From Bryobacterales bacterium (GTDB lineage: Bacteria > Acidobacteriota > Terriglobia > Bryobacterales > Bryobacteraceae): a stretch of 64,000 nt of DNA. Numbering within the stretch: the stretch's first letter is position 1; each line of letters starts with the position of its first letter. The notes beneath the pieces are model-generated. The model saw only the letters and a program-made list of their open reading frames with translations, made no database searches and had not been told where the DNA came from. A program made the translations under genes and the position numbers. This document shows positions 39,578 through 57,215 of this stretch, one piece after another. The stretch spans positions 204,457-268,456 of the forward strand of contig CAWDKQ010000010.1 of the NCBI GenBank assembly GCA_963802915.1, given 5' to 3'.

Positions 39578-42500
39578 TTAGCGGTCGCCATCGGTTTCCG
39601 CGGCCGGCGCCGTCCCTTCCTGCGTTTCGACTTTGGTCGGCGTTAGTTCCTTCAGCTTGCGATCGGCCAGCGCGCGATTTACCGGCGGCAATCCGGACTT
39701 CAGGATTCCATCGAGCCGGGCTTGTTGCGTGTCGAGTTCTTTCGATAGCTCGCCGAAAACTTTGTACGCTCCCGCAGTCGGCTTTCCGTCGCCGGTTTCA
39801 ATGCTGCGGCCCAGGGCAGCGAGACGGTTGTTGAGCTTGATCGGGAAGTTTAGAGGGTCCTGATCGCTGCGATTACGCACCTGGTAGACGTCTTCCTCAA
39901 CGGCGCTGAGCTTCTCCTCGAAGGCTTCCAGCGTGGGCTTGAGAGACGGATCGGACTTGATGCGATCCTGCATCTGCTTCTTCAACTCTCGAATCAGAAT
40001 CACCATTTCATCCGCGGCGCTCACCTTGTCACGAACCTGCATGGCGAGATTGAACTGCTCGGTGAGATCGGCAACGGTCACGCTGTCTATGCGGGGATCC
40101 TTAGTCACGACAAGAGCCTGCTTCATCGTCTGGCCGTTTGCGCTAAGACGAATCTGATAGGTTCCGGGAACGGCGAAGGGGCCGCTGTCGACGCGAGCGC
40201 CCAGAAGATCAGGCCTTTAAAGCCTGTCGCGCCGGGATAACGCAGGTCCCATACGAAGCGATTCAGCCCGGCTTTGCGGGGCACTGGCTTCGGCTTGGGC
40301 GGTCCGTATTCTTCGTCGGGATCTTCTTCGCCGGCAGCGCCCTTCTTCTTTTTGTCGTCCTCGGGCGTTCCGGCAAAAGTGCGAACTACCTGGCCTTTGG
40401 AATCCAAAATATCAATAGTGACTTTATCGGCGGGTTGTTTCAGGTAGTAATCGATCTCGGCTTGCTGGACATTGCGGATCGCGGTGGGCGGGATAAACAG
40501 ATGCGCAGTCGCGGTGTTCAATTCGGGCGACATCTGGCGCAGGGGTTCGATGTCCGGAAGAACGTAAAACGACCGCCCGTGCGTGGCGATGACCAGATCA
40601 TCACCCTGCACCAGCAGGTCCGGGACCTGCGTATCCGGCAGGTTCAACGATAGCGATTGCCATTGGGCGCCATCGTCGAAAGAAACGTAGATGCCGTGTT
40701 CTGTTCCGGCGAAAAGGAGGCCGGTACGCTTGGGATCTTCGCGGACCGCGTGGACAAAATCGTCTTCGCGGATGCCGTTGACGATCTTCGTCCAGGTCTT
40801 GCCGTAATCGGCGGTTTTGTATAGATAAGGACGGCGATCATCGAGCTGATAGCGTTTCGCGGCGAGATACGCGGCACCGGCATTGTTGGGCGAGGCTTCA
40901 ATCAAACTGATGCGGCTGAATTCGGGAAGGTCTCGAGGCGTGACATTGGTCCAATGTTTGCCGGCATCGCGCGTGATGTACGCCACGCCATCATCCGAGC
41001 CCGTCCAGATGGTGTCCTTCTCTTTGCGCGATGGCGCGATGGTGAAAATGGTGCCGTAGATCTCGGGTCCATTTTGATCTTTCGTGATCGGGCCGCCGGA
41101 ATCTCCGAGCGTCTTGGGATCCGCGCGGGTCAGATCAGGGCTGATCGCTTCCCAACTGTGGCCTTCATCGGTGGTGCGCCAGAGATGCTGCGACGAGGTG
41201 TAGATGATGCTGGAGTCGAGCGGCGAGAACACGATGGGGAACGTCCACTGCCAGCGTTCCGGAAGCGTGGAGGCGGATTCGCCGGAGAAGAATCGTGGGT
41301 ATACCTGTACGTCTTTGGTGTGGCCGTTGCGGCGATCGAAACGCGTGAGCAACGCGCCTTGACTGCCGGCATAAAAGATGTTGGGATTCGACGGATCGGG
41401 AGCGATGTAGCCACTCTCGCCGCCTCCCGGAGAATACATGACGGTGCTGACGCGAAGCCCGCGCGCGGGCGGTTCACTCGTAACGCAGATGGTGGTGTTG
41501 TCCTGCTGCGCGCCGCATACATGGTATGGGATGTCGCTCGTGGTCGCGACGTGATAAAGCTGCGCGGTGGGATAGGCCTGGCCGGTCCACGTTTCACCGC
41601 CATTGATGGTCACGTTCGCGCCGCCGTCGTTACTTTCCACCATGCGCTTGGGATCGTTCGGGGCGATCCATAAATCGTGATTGTCGCCGTGCGGAACACG
41701 GATGGGCTTGAATGTTTTTCCACCATCGACCGATTTGAAGAACGCCGTGTTGAGAACATACAACGTATCTTTGGTCTCCGGGTCGGCGTAAATGCGGCTG
41801 TAGTAGAACGCTCGCTGGCGCAGCTTGCGTTCCTCGCTGACGCGCTTCCATGTCGCACCCGCATCGTCGGAACTGAACACGCCGCCGTCTTCCGCTTCGA
41901 CGATGGCGTAGACGCGTTTGGAATCCCCGCCGGAGACACTCACGCCGATTTTACCGATGACGCCCTTCGGCAAGCCGGGATTGCGGGTGATTTCAGTCCA
42001 ATGATCGCCGCCGTCCGTCGACTTGAAAAAGCCGCTCTCCGGGCCACCGCTCGACAGGCTCCAGGGAGTCCGGTATGCGTCCCAAATGGCCGCGAACAGC
42101 ACCTTCGGGTCGTTGGGATCGAGGCAGAGATCGACGGCGCCGGAGCGGTTGCCGCGATAGAGAATCTTCTTCCAGGTTTTGCCGCCGTCCTGCGATCGGA
42201 AGATTCCACGTTCTTCGTTGGGCCCGTAAGGGTGACCCAGAGCAGCGACGTAGACAATGTCCGCGTTTTTGGGATCGACGCGTATGCGTGCGATGGCCTG
42301 CGTGTCTTTCAGACCGATGTTTTTCCAGGTCTTGCCGGCATCGACGGTTTTATACACGCCGTCGCCTTGCATGACGTTGCCTCGAAATTCGGTTTCGCCC
42401 ATTCCGAGATACACCACATCGGGATTCGACTCCGATACCGCGACGGCGCCGACGGACGAGCTTTGGATCTGTCCGTCAGTGACGGGCTTCCAGGTGGTGC

Positions 42501-42714
42501 CGCCGTCGGTGGTCTTCCAAAGGCCGCCACCGGTTGCGCCGAAATAATACTCGAACGGCCGGCTCGAACTGCCGGCGGAGGTGATGGAACGGCCGCCGCG
42601 ATTCGGTCCGATGCTGCGCCATTCGAGCGCTTTAAACAGAGATGGATCGTAAGATGGCTCGGCTAGGAGCGCAAAACCAAAGGCGGAAAGGAGTAGGGAA
42701 CGGAGGAGTTGCAT
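39578..42714 (-). pseudogene. Sortilin/VPS10-like BNR (Asp-box) repeat protein, interrupted by a 1-nt frameshift at 40200-40202
   Basis: At least 11 SxDxGxTW Asp-boxes (TTDGGTTWKP, SQDGGKTWKK, STDGGDHWTE and others). ORF 40123..42714 ends 25 codons after ...GLIFW. The adjacent frame reads GARVDSGPFAVPGTYQIRLSANGQTMKQALVVTKDPRI straight into ORF 39578..40126. Restoring one C in the CCC run (40200-40202) gives one protein of about 1,045 aa. Confidence 0.8.
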
Positions 42715-43162
42715 GGTTTATTCGATCCCAGCATTATATCGTCCCGTGCCATGGCGGCGGGCGTCGACCGCCGGGCGGTGGCGACCAGATTTCGGCTTAA
42801 GGGTCGGCTGATCGTTACAGCAAGCAAGTAACATAAATGGCACTTGCAATTCATGTAAGTACCATAAGTACCATTTGGTCCATTTGAGTCATTGGTTACG
42901 TCACGTTATAACTTAAGTAACTTGTTTCCTATCATATGGAAAGCACGTCGATCGTTACCAGACTCCATTTTTCTTAAAATGTGTCTTGTCTTTAGTACGA
43001 AGGTACTGTAGCATTCGTGTGTACCAGACCCACCAGAGGGGTGAGTCTAAACGATCTCGTGGCTTCGTGCGCCGCCGCGGGTAGTGGGTGAGTTGTGTCC
43101 GCAGGGCAAACACGGCTGAAGACCGTTGGGTACCACGTTTGAGTTATTAGGAAGGAGTACGC

Positions 43163-44284
43163 ATGCGAGTTTATCGATTGACGATTCTGGGCGCCTTCAC
43201 ACTATTGAGTGCATATGGCGCCAGTTATGGTCCTCTGTCGACGAAGACAAACAATAGCACGTTTGCTCAAGGAGATACGGGCGACAGCTACAACATCTTT
43301 GTAAACAATAACGGCAATTACGACACAGACGGTTCTACAATCACGATCTCGGATACCCTCCCGACTGGCGAGTCGAATCCCATGTGGGTGAGCTATCCAT
43401 CGGGCTGGACTTGCACTACCTCGGGAAACACGGCGACCTGCACTTCAAACCCGGGCACCGTGATAGGAGGGCAAATGAGCAATCCTCCCAACGGCCAGAC
43501 GGTCGGTCCGTTCGTTTTGTCGGTTAACGTATCGAATACAGCTCCCGCGACTGTCACGAATTGTGCCATGATCTCGGGTGGTGGCGCTGCCGCGAGCGCT
43601 AATATCTGCGATACGGATCAACCGATCACTCCGGAACCCTATCTGACGATCACCAAGACGCAGACAAATCCGGTTTACAACGGTACGCCGCTGCCGATTA
43701 CGACAGATCAAAGCATAACCTACAAGCTCGATGTCGACAATATAGGTGGAGCTCCTACATCCGGGACGGTGAAAGTAGTCGACACCCTGGCGAGCGACAT
43801 GATCGTTACGAATGTCACCAACGGAAGCGGCTTCTGGGATTGTCACTATAAGCTGAATGTTGTTTACTGTTCGACGACCAATGCGATACCCGGCGCAACG
43901 ATGAGGCCGGGAGAATCCCCGAATATCTACGTCACCGCGACCCTGCTGGGAACCGACGCCAGCGACACGACGACGGTGACATATACGGGAGTCTCGGGGA
44001 AGACCAAGACTAGCACTACAGTGTCATCGACAGTCTTCGGCACCACAAGCGTAACGTTTATTTCGAATCAACCTTATGTCGAAGTCGACGGCGAGATTTA
44101 TGCTAGCGGCATAACTCTCCAGGAGGACGAAACGATCAATCATTCGGTCTATGGTTATCCAAAATGCAGCATTACGGCCATCTCGGGATTGACAGTCGTT
44201 GAGTCTCGTCCAGGTGTGAATCCACCCTGGTCGGAGGTGACCGGGCAAATCAGCGCTCCAACAGTCTCGGTTATGTGCAATTAA
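43163..44284 (+). CDS. Secreted DUF11 (conserved repeat domain) protein
   Basis: AGGAGT lies 5 nt upstream. After the signal peptide come two DUF11-like units (ITISDTLPTGE...GWTCT...TATCTS and YKLDVDNIGGAPTSGTVKVVDTLASDM...WDC...VYCST). GC is visibly lower than in the flanks: about 47% in line 43201-43260 versus about 58% in line 45001-45060, both hand counted. Confidence 0.75.
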   Translation: MRVYRLTILGAFTLLSAYGASYGPLSTKTNNSTFAQGDTGDSYNIFVNNNGNYDTDGSTITISDTLPTGESNPMWVSYPSGWTCTTSGNTATCTSNPGTVIGGQMSNPPNGQTVGPFVLSVNVSNTAPATVTNCAMISGGGAAASANICDTDQPITPEPYLTITKTQTNPVYNGTPLPITTDQSITYKLDVDNIGGAPTSGTVKVVDTLASDMIVTNVTNGSGFWDCHYKLNVVYCSTTNAIPGATMRPGESPNIYVTATLLGTDASDTTTVTYTGVSGKTKTSTTVSSTVFGTTSVTFISNQPYVEVDGEIYASGITLQEDETINHSVYGYPKCSITAISGLTVVESRPGVNPPWSEVTGQISAPTVSVMCN

Positions 44285-44302
44285 CCGTTGACTAGTAAGG
44301 AT

Positions 44303-44330
44303 GAAGGCCCGGTCTATCGATCGGGCCTTC
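44303..44330. terminator. Bidirectional stem-loop between convergent genes
   Basis: GAAGGCCCG (44303-44311) pairs perfectly with CGGGCCTTC (44322-44330), with a 10-nt loop. It lies between the DUF11 stop (44284) and the kinase stop (44360). Confidence 0.5.
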
Positions 44331-44359
44331 AACGAACGCCCACCCTTCGTCAGGCTTAT

Positions 44360-45937
44360 TTAGTGCACCGGCAGCGAAAAGCGGAATATCGATCCTCCCG
44401 CGGGCTTCGATTCCACCCAGATGCGGCCACCGAGCCGGTCCACGGCAGCTTTGCAGATTGCAAGTCCTATTCCCGTCCCCGAATATTTCGTCCCGTGCAA
44501 TCGTTTGAAGACGCCGAAGATGTATTCGACGTACTGCGTTTCGATGCCGATGCCGTTGTCCTCCACCGAGAATAACCAGGAGCCCGTGAGTTGCTCCGCG
44601 GAGACACAAAGGCGCGGGGTCTCCGGCGAGCGATACTTAATCGCGTTGCCAATCAGGTTCTGGAATATCTGAACCAGTAACACTTCGATAGAAGGAATGG
44701 TTGGCAGGAGATTAATTTCGATAACCGCTCCCGACTCCGCGATGGCGCCTTCCAAATGCAGAAGTGCGGTTCGAACGGCCACGTTGCAGTCGACAGGGTT
44801 GAGCGTCTGGTCGCCGGATTCGCTGATGTAGATGTACTGGCGGAGAGCTGCGAGCAAAGTCGCCATCCGCGAAGCATTTTCGCGAACGAAGTTGAGCATC
44901 TCCGCTTCCGTCGAATCGAGTTTGGGCTCAGCCGATTTTGCGACCCACTGGGAATACGAAAGGACCATGCGGATGGGCTCCTGGAGATCGTGACTCGCGG
45001 CCCAGGCAAATTGTCGCAGGGCGTCATTAGATCGCGTCAATTCCGCGGTTCGCTCCGCTACACGCCTTTCGAGTTCGGCGTTAATACGACGGATTCGTTC
45101 TTCCGCCTTCACCTGGTCGGTAGCGTCCCGAATCGCCGTTGTGATCAACAAACCTTCGTCAGTTTCGAAAGGACTCCTGGTTATTTCAACCGGGAAAGTG
45201 GATCCATCGCGATGCAGCCCCGTCAAGCGGGTTTCGACAGGCGGCGTGATCACTCGATCCTCATCGGCGGCGGGACGACCGGGCGATTCCCAATCGGGAA
45301 TGAGACCGCGGATGTTAAGGTCAAGAAGCTGCTCGCGGGAGTGACCGAATAACGTATCGGTGCGGGAGTTCGCAAGCTGAATGGAACCGTCTTCGCCCGT
45401 GATCACCATCGCATCCGGCGCGGCCTCGAGGACAGCGCGGAACTTTTGTTCGGTCCGGGCCAGAGCTTCGGTTTGACGCCGCAGCATCTGCTCGCTGCGC
45501 CGAAGATCGACGAAAACGGCGACCTTACTCTGGAGAACTTCGGGAACAATGGGCTTGAAAAGAAAATCGACTGCGCCAAGATCGTAGCCGCGAAAGAGCT
45601 GTTCGTCGCTTCGGTAAGCTGTTAAAAAGAGTATGGGAGTCTGGCGCGAACGCTTGCGCGCGCGAATCAACTCAGCCGTTTCGAAGCCATCCATCTCGGG
45701 CATGCGCACATCAAGCAGGATGGCCGCAAAATCGTGTTCGAGGCAGAGACGAAGCGCATCGGTTCCGGATTGCGCCAGCAGAAGGTCTTCGCGCAATGGA
45801 TCCAGGACCGCCTGCAGAGCCAGCAGATTATCGCGGTCATCGTCGACAAGCAGCAGCTTGACTTTGTCGGCGCCTGTCGATTGCGCCATCGGTTCTTTGG
45901 CGGGAGCGGCGCCGGTATCCGAGGCCATGGAACGCAC
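44360..45937 (-). CDS. Hybrid sensor kinase: N-terminal receiver, PAS, HisKA and HATPase_c
   Basis: REC (LLLVDDDRDN, AILLDVRMPEMDG, FLFKP), one PAS domain, H-box FAWAASHDLQEPIRMV and G-box GTGIGLAICK. The GTG start at 45937 lies 1 nt after the stop (45939-45941) of the giant kinase. Confidence 0.9.
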   Translation of the reverse strand: MRSMASDTGAAPAKEPMAQSTGADKVKLLLVDDDRDNLLALQAVLDPLREDLLLAQSGTDALRLCLEHDFAAILLDVRMPEMDGFETAELIRARKRSRQTPILFLTAYRSDEQLFRGYDLGAVDFLFKPIVPEVLQSKVAVFVDLRRSEQMLRRQTEALARTEQKFRAVLEAAPDAMVITGEDGSIQLANSRTDTLFGHSREQLLDLNIRGLIPDWESPGRPAADEDRVITPPVETRLTGLHRDGSTFPVEITRSPFETDEGLLITTAIRDATDQVKAEERIRRINAELERRVAERTAELTRSNDALRQFAWAASHDLQEPIRMVLSYSQWVAKSAEPKLDSTEAEMLNFVRENASRMATLLAALRQYIYISESGDQTLNPVDCNVAVRTALLHLEGAIAESGAVIEINLLPTIPSIEVLLVQIFQNLIGNAIKYRSPETPRLCVSAEQLTGSWLFSVEDNGIGIETQYVEYIFGVFKRLHGTKYSGTGIGLAICKAAVDRLGGRIWVESKPAGGSIFRFSLPVH

Positions 45938-45938
45938 C

Positions 45939-54332
<8,394 letters not shown>

Positions 54333-54446
54333 AGGGGGACTCCTCCTCCAAACATCCGTGGTCTATCGTGATTAGACTCACAGTGTTTGGAAATATTACA
54401 TCTAAAAAGCGTACAACAACAGAGTCCCAGTGCGCGGAGGTACGGT

Positions 54447-56012
54447 CTAATCCACCTTCTTCGCCAGGCCCTTCCGAAGAGCCTCGTCGAGCAGAACTCG
54501 CAGCTTTTTCGAGGCTTCTTTGGCGAGCTTGGCCTGCTGTTCTCCCAGCGCGGCCTGTTTTTCGCCGAGGGCGGCCTGCTGGTCGCCGAGCTTGGCCTGT
54601 TCTTCGCCCAACTTAGCCTGCTTCTCTCCGACCTGGGCTTGGAGTTCTCCAATTTGGCCCTGAAACTCGCCGATCTTACCCTGGAGATCGCCGAGATCCT
54701 CTTCGCTCAGCTGCTTCTTCTGCGTTTGCGCTTTCTTTTGCAAGGCGTCAATCTCGTCGCGTAGAGCGGCAATCTTGCGGCCAATGTCGGGGTTGTCCAC
54801 CATGACATGTTCCTGCTTGTCGCCAAGCTTTTCCTGCTCCGCTCCGAGTTTCTCCTGCTGGGCGCCGAGTTCCTCCTGCCGACGGCCCAGTTCTTCCTGA
54901 GGAGCGAAAAGTGCCTTGGCGCGCTGGATGGTTGGGGTGTCCGTGACGACGTAGAACTTCAGATCGCTTTCGAACCAGATGAAATCGCCGTGGATGCGGT
55001 CCTTCATGATTTCGGCGCGCCGGGCGTCGCTGCTCGATCCGGACATAGTAACGCCGCCGTTGGAGACGATAACGTAGGGCTCTGAATCGTCGTCGAAGTT
55101 CCAGCGATGGTTCTGAGCTTGAGCGCTGAGGGAGCATCCGGCGGTCAGGGCGACCAGCGGGGTCACGCTTGCGACCAGCAATATCGCTTTAGCCGGGCTG
55201 ATGCGAGCGTAGGTTTGGGTCTCGGCGAGAATGCGTTCGACGCGCCGGCTCACAGTAGCGAATCGAGCCATGGCAACTCCGGCGGGGACGCGCTGCGACT
55301 GGCCGGCAAACTCGACCAAAATGCGGGCGTATGAAGGGCGATCGCCGAGGACTTGCAATGCGGTATCGTCGCTGGCTGCCTCCGCCAGTTCTGCGATACA
55401 GCTTGAGAGCCACCAACTGAGCGGACTGAACCAGAATACGGCGCGATGCAGTGCGGCTAGAATCTGTACGTAGAAATCTCCGCGCTCGACGTGGGAACGC
55501 TCATGCAGTAGCACAGCGGTGCGCTTCGATAGATCCCAATCGGACCAATCGGCGGGGATCAGAATGGTGGAACCGAAAGTTACGGGAACGTTGAGGCGAT
55601 CGCTGCTGCGCACGTCCGATCCCGCCGTCCAATCGTCCTGAATAATGACGGCGTGACGGCGCAAACGCCACGTGAGCACGAGTCCTGTGGCAAGCCGAAG
55701 CAACAGGATTCCTGCAACCAGGTAATAGAAGTCCTGGACAGCGTCGCGCCAGTGGATGGTTCGGGCCGGCAAGGTTGGGATTGCCTTGAAGTGCGGGGCG
55801 GCCGCAATTCGCAGTACGCGCGTGGGCGGCGGCGGTACTTTCACCGTTGGCCATTGCATGGCTAGCGGCATTAATAAGGATGCGGCGAGCACGACAGTCC
55901 AAATGACCGCTTGCGCGTGGACGTTGCGCACGCGGAACATTTTCAAGACAATCCACACTACGGCGCCGAGCGCGAGCGATCGGACAGCCGATTCGAGAAA
56001 TAACGGCAGCAT
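54447..56012 (-). CDS. BlaR1-like M56 family membrane metalloprotease / signal transducer with a heptad-repeat C-terminal domain
   Basis: ATG 56012 overlaps the BlaI stop (TGATG). It has N-terminal TM helices and the zinc motif LLHERSHVERGDF (HExxH). The extracytoplasmic domain ends in repeated (Q/E)xKLGxxQ heptads. Confidence 0.85.
   Translation of the reverse strand: MLPLFLESAVRSLALGAVVWIVLKMFRVRNVHAQAVIWTVVLAASLLMPLAMQWPTVKVPPPPTRVLRIAAAPHFKAIPTLPARTIHWRDAVQDFYYLVAGILLLRLATGLVLTWRLRRHAVIIQDDWTAGSDVRSSDRLNVPVTFGSTILIPADWSDWDLSKRTAVLLHERSHVERGDFYVQILAALHRAVFWFSPLSWWLSSCIAELAEAASDDTALQVLGDRPSYARILVEFAGQSQRVPAGVAMARFATVSRRVERILAETQTYARISPAKAILLVASVTPLVALTAGCSLSAQAQNHRWNFDDDSEPYVIVSNGGVTMSGSSSDARRAEIMKDRIHGDFIWFESDLKFYVVTDTPTIQRAKALFAPQEELGRRQEELGAQQEKLGAEQEKLGDKQEHVMVDNPDIGRKIAALRDEIDALQKKAQTQKKQLSEEDLGDLQGKIGEFQGQIGELQAQVGEKQAKLGEEQAKLGDQQAALGEKQAALGEQQAKLAKEASKKLRVLLDEALRKGLAKKVD
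54527..54694 (-). repeat. Eight tandem 21-bp units encoding the LGxxQxK heptads (a second array of 4-5 units lies at 54807-54911)
   Basis: Units start at 54527, 54548, 54569, 54590, 54611, 54632, 54653 and 54674. Each fits the plus-strand pattern cttggcctg.t..tc.ccgag. Confidence 0.85.
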
Positions 56013-56407
56013 CACTTCTTCCCTCCCTTGGCCTTTTCGATTTTGTCGAGAAGCCTTTGCAATTCGCGCCTGTCGAGGACGGCAGTGTCCACCATCCCCA
56101 CGAGTAGTTCTTCCATGGACCCATTGCAGAACCAATCCGCAATTCGTTTGACGGCTTTGGCGGCAACCCGTTGGCGAGCTTCCGCCGGTTGATAAATGTA
56201 TGTCCGATTTTCAACGGTGTGCGTGACGTAGCCCTTTTCTTCCAGCCTTCGCAGGACCGTGCGGATGGTGGAGTCCTTGAGCTTGCGGCCTAGCTTTTCG
56301 CGGACTGCTTCGGCGGTGCAGGGGGCTTCGAGCCAGACGAGTTGCATGACGTCGCGTTCCAGGTCGCCAAGCTCAGCGGGGATGTTCACTACCGTAGCGT
56401 TACGCAT
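56012..56407 (-). CDS. BlaI/MecI/CopY-family winged-helix transcriptional repressor
   Basis: 131 aa. LGDLERDVMQLVWLEAPCTAEAVREKLGRKLKDSTIRTVLRRLEEKGYVTH is typical of the penicillinase-repressor family. It is translationally coupled to the M56 gene. Confidence 0.9.
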   Translation of the reverse strand: MRNATVVNIPAELGDLERDVMQLVWLEAPCTAEAVREKLGRKLKDSTIRTVLRRLEEKGYVTHTVENRTYIYQPAEARQRVAAKAVKRIADWFCNGSMEELLVGMVDTAVLDRRELQRLLDKIEKAKGGKK

Positions 56408-56413
56408 TGTAGT

Positions 56414-56449
56414 GTTACCAATTGTAACGGATCAACTGGAGAACGTCAA
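56414..56449 (-). promoter_or_regulatory. Candidate sigma70-type promoter of blaI with an overlapping inverted-repeat operator
   Basis: The minus strand reads TTGACG (56449-56444), 17 nt, then TACAAT (56426-56421). The inverted repeat GTTAC-CAATT-GTAAC (56414-56428) overlaps the -10 box. Only 13 nt separate the -10 box from the ATG, so the leader is very short. Confidence 0.5.
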
Positions 56450-56450
56450 G

Positions 56451-57215
56451 ATGGGAGTTGTGAGCACGCAGGCTGCTGTCTTCGCGGGGCACGGATCGCC
56501 TATGAATGCGATCGAAGACAACGAGTTTACACGTGGACTCCGGGAAGTGGCAGGCCAGCTTCGGAAACCTCGGTCGATTCTTTGTATCTCCGCGCATTGG
56601 GAGACGGATGGCGTCTCCGTGACGGCCTCGGAGAGGCCGCCGACGATTCACGATTTCTACGGATTCCCTAAGGAGCTGTTCGAGGTTCAGTATCCCGCGC
56701 CGGGCGATCCGGCCCTGGCTCGGCGCGTAGCGGGGCTGCTGAATGCTCGTCTCGATCCGGAACGCGGCTTCGATCATGGATGCTGGGGCGTGCTGCGATT
56801 GATGTATCCCGCAGCGGAGATTCCAGTGGTGCAGCTTTCGCTCGACCAGCGGCTGACGCCGGCCGGACATTACGAGTTAGCGAAGAAGCTCGGGCCTCTG
56901 CGGGACGAAGATGTAATGATCGTCGCGAGCGGGAATATTGTTCACAATTTGCGCGCTGTCGATTTCCGAAATTCGGGCGGATCGGATTGGGCGGTTCAGT
57001 TCAACGAAGAAGTGAAGCGGCATATCGCGAGCCGCGATCCGGCAGCGCTGTTGAATATCCAACCCTCGCCGGCCGTTCCTTCTCCGGAACATTATTTGCC
57101 GCTTTTGTATGTTCTGGGCATCGAGCGAGAGGATGACGAGATCTCGTTTTTCAACGACAAGGTCGTGATGGGTGCGATTTCGATGACTTCGGTGCTGCTG
57201 TCACCGCCTAATTAG
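56451..57215 (+). CDS. ygiD: LigB-family extradiol dioxygenase (4,5-DOPA dioxygenase, YgiD-like)
   Basis: ATG 56451 with GGAG upstream. FAGHGSPMNAIEDNEFTRGL...ILCISAHWET...TIHDFYGFP matches YgiD-type proteins. The upstream part of the track ORF (56259-) is antisense to blaI. Confidence 0.85.
   Translation: MGVVSTQAAVFAGHGSPMNAIEDNEFTRGLREVAGQLRKPRSILCISAHWETDGVSVTASERPPTIHDFYGFPKELFEVQYPAPGDPALARRVAGLLNARLDPERGFDHGCWGVLRLMYPAAEIPVVQLSLDQRLTPAGHYELAKKLGPLRDEDVMIVASGNIVHNLRAVDFRNSGGSDWAVQFNEEVKRHIASRDPAALLNIQPSPAVPSPEHYLPLLYVLGIEREDDEISFFNDKVVMGAISMTSVLLSPPN

Noticed and set aside
40123-40206. Programmed ribosomal frameshifting as the explanation for the split BNR gene
   Set aside because: There is no slippery X XXY YYZ heptamer or downstream structure at the site. 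A 1-nt loss in a CCC run is the simpler explanation.
56259-56450. Upstream extension of the ygiD ORF, and likewise 58176..58340 for waaF and 62786..62980 for the aminotransferase
   Set aside because: The extensions overlap well-supported neighbouring genes. Family homology and ribosome-binding sites begin at the internal starts 56451, 58175 and 62785.
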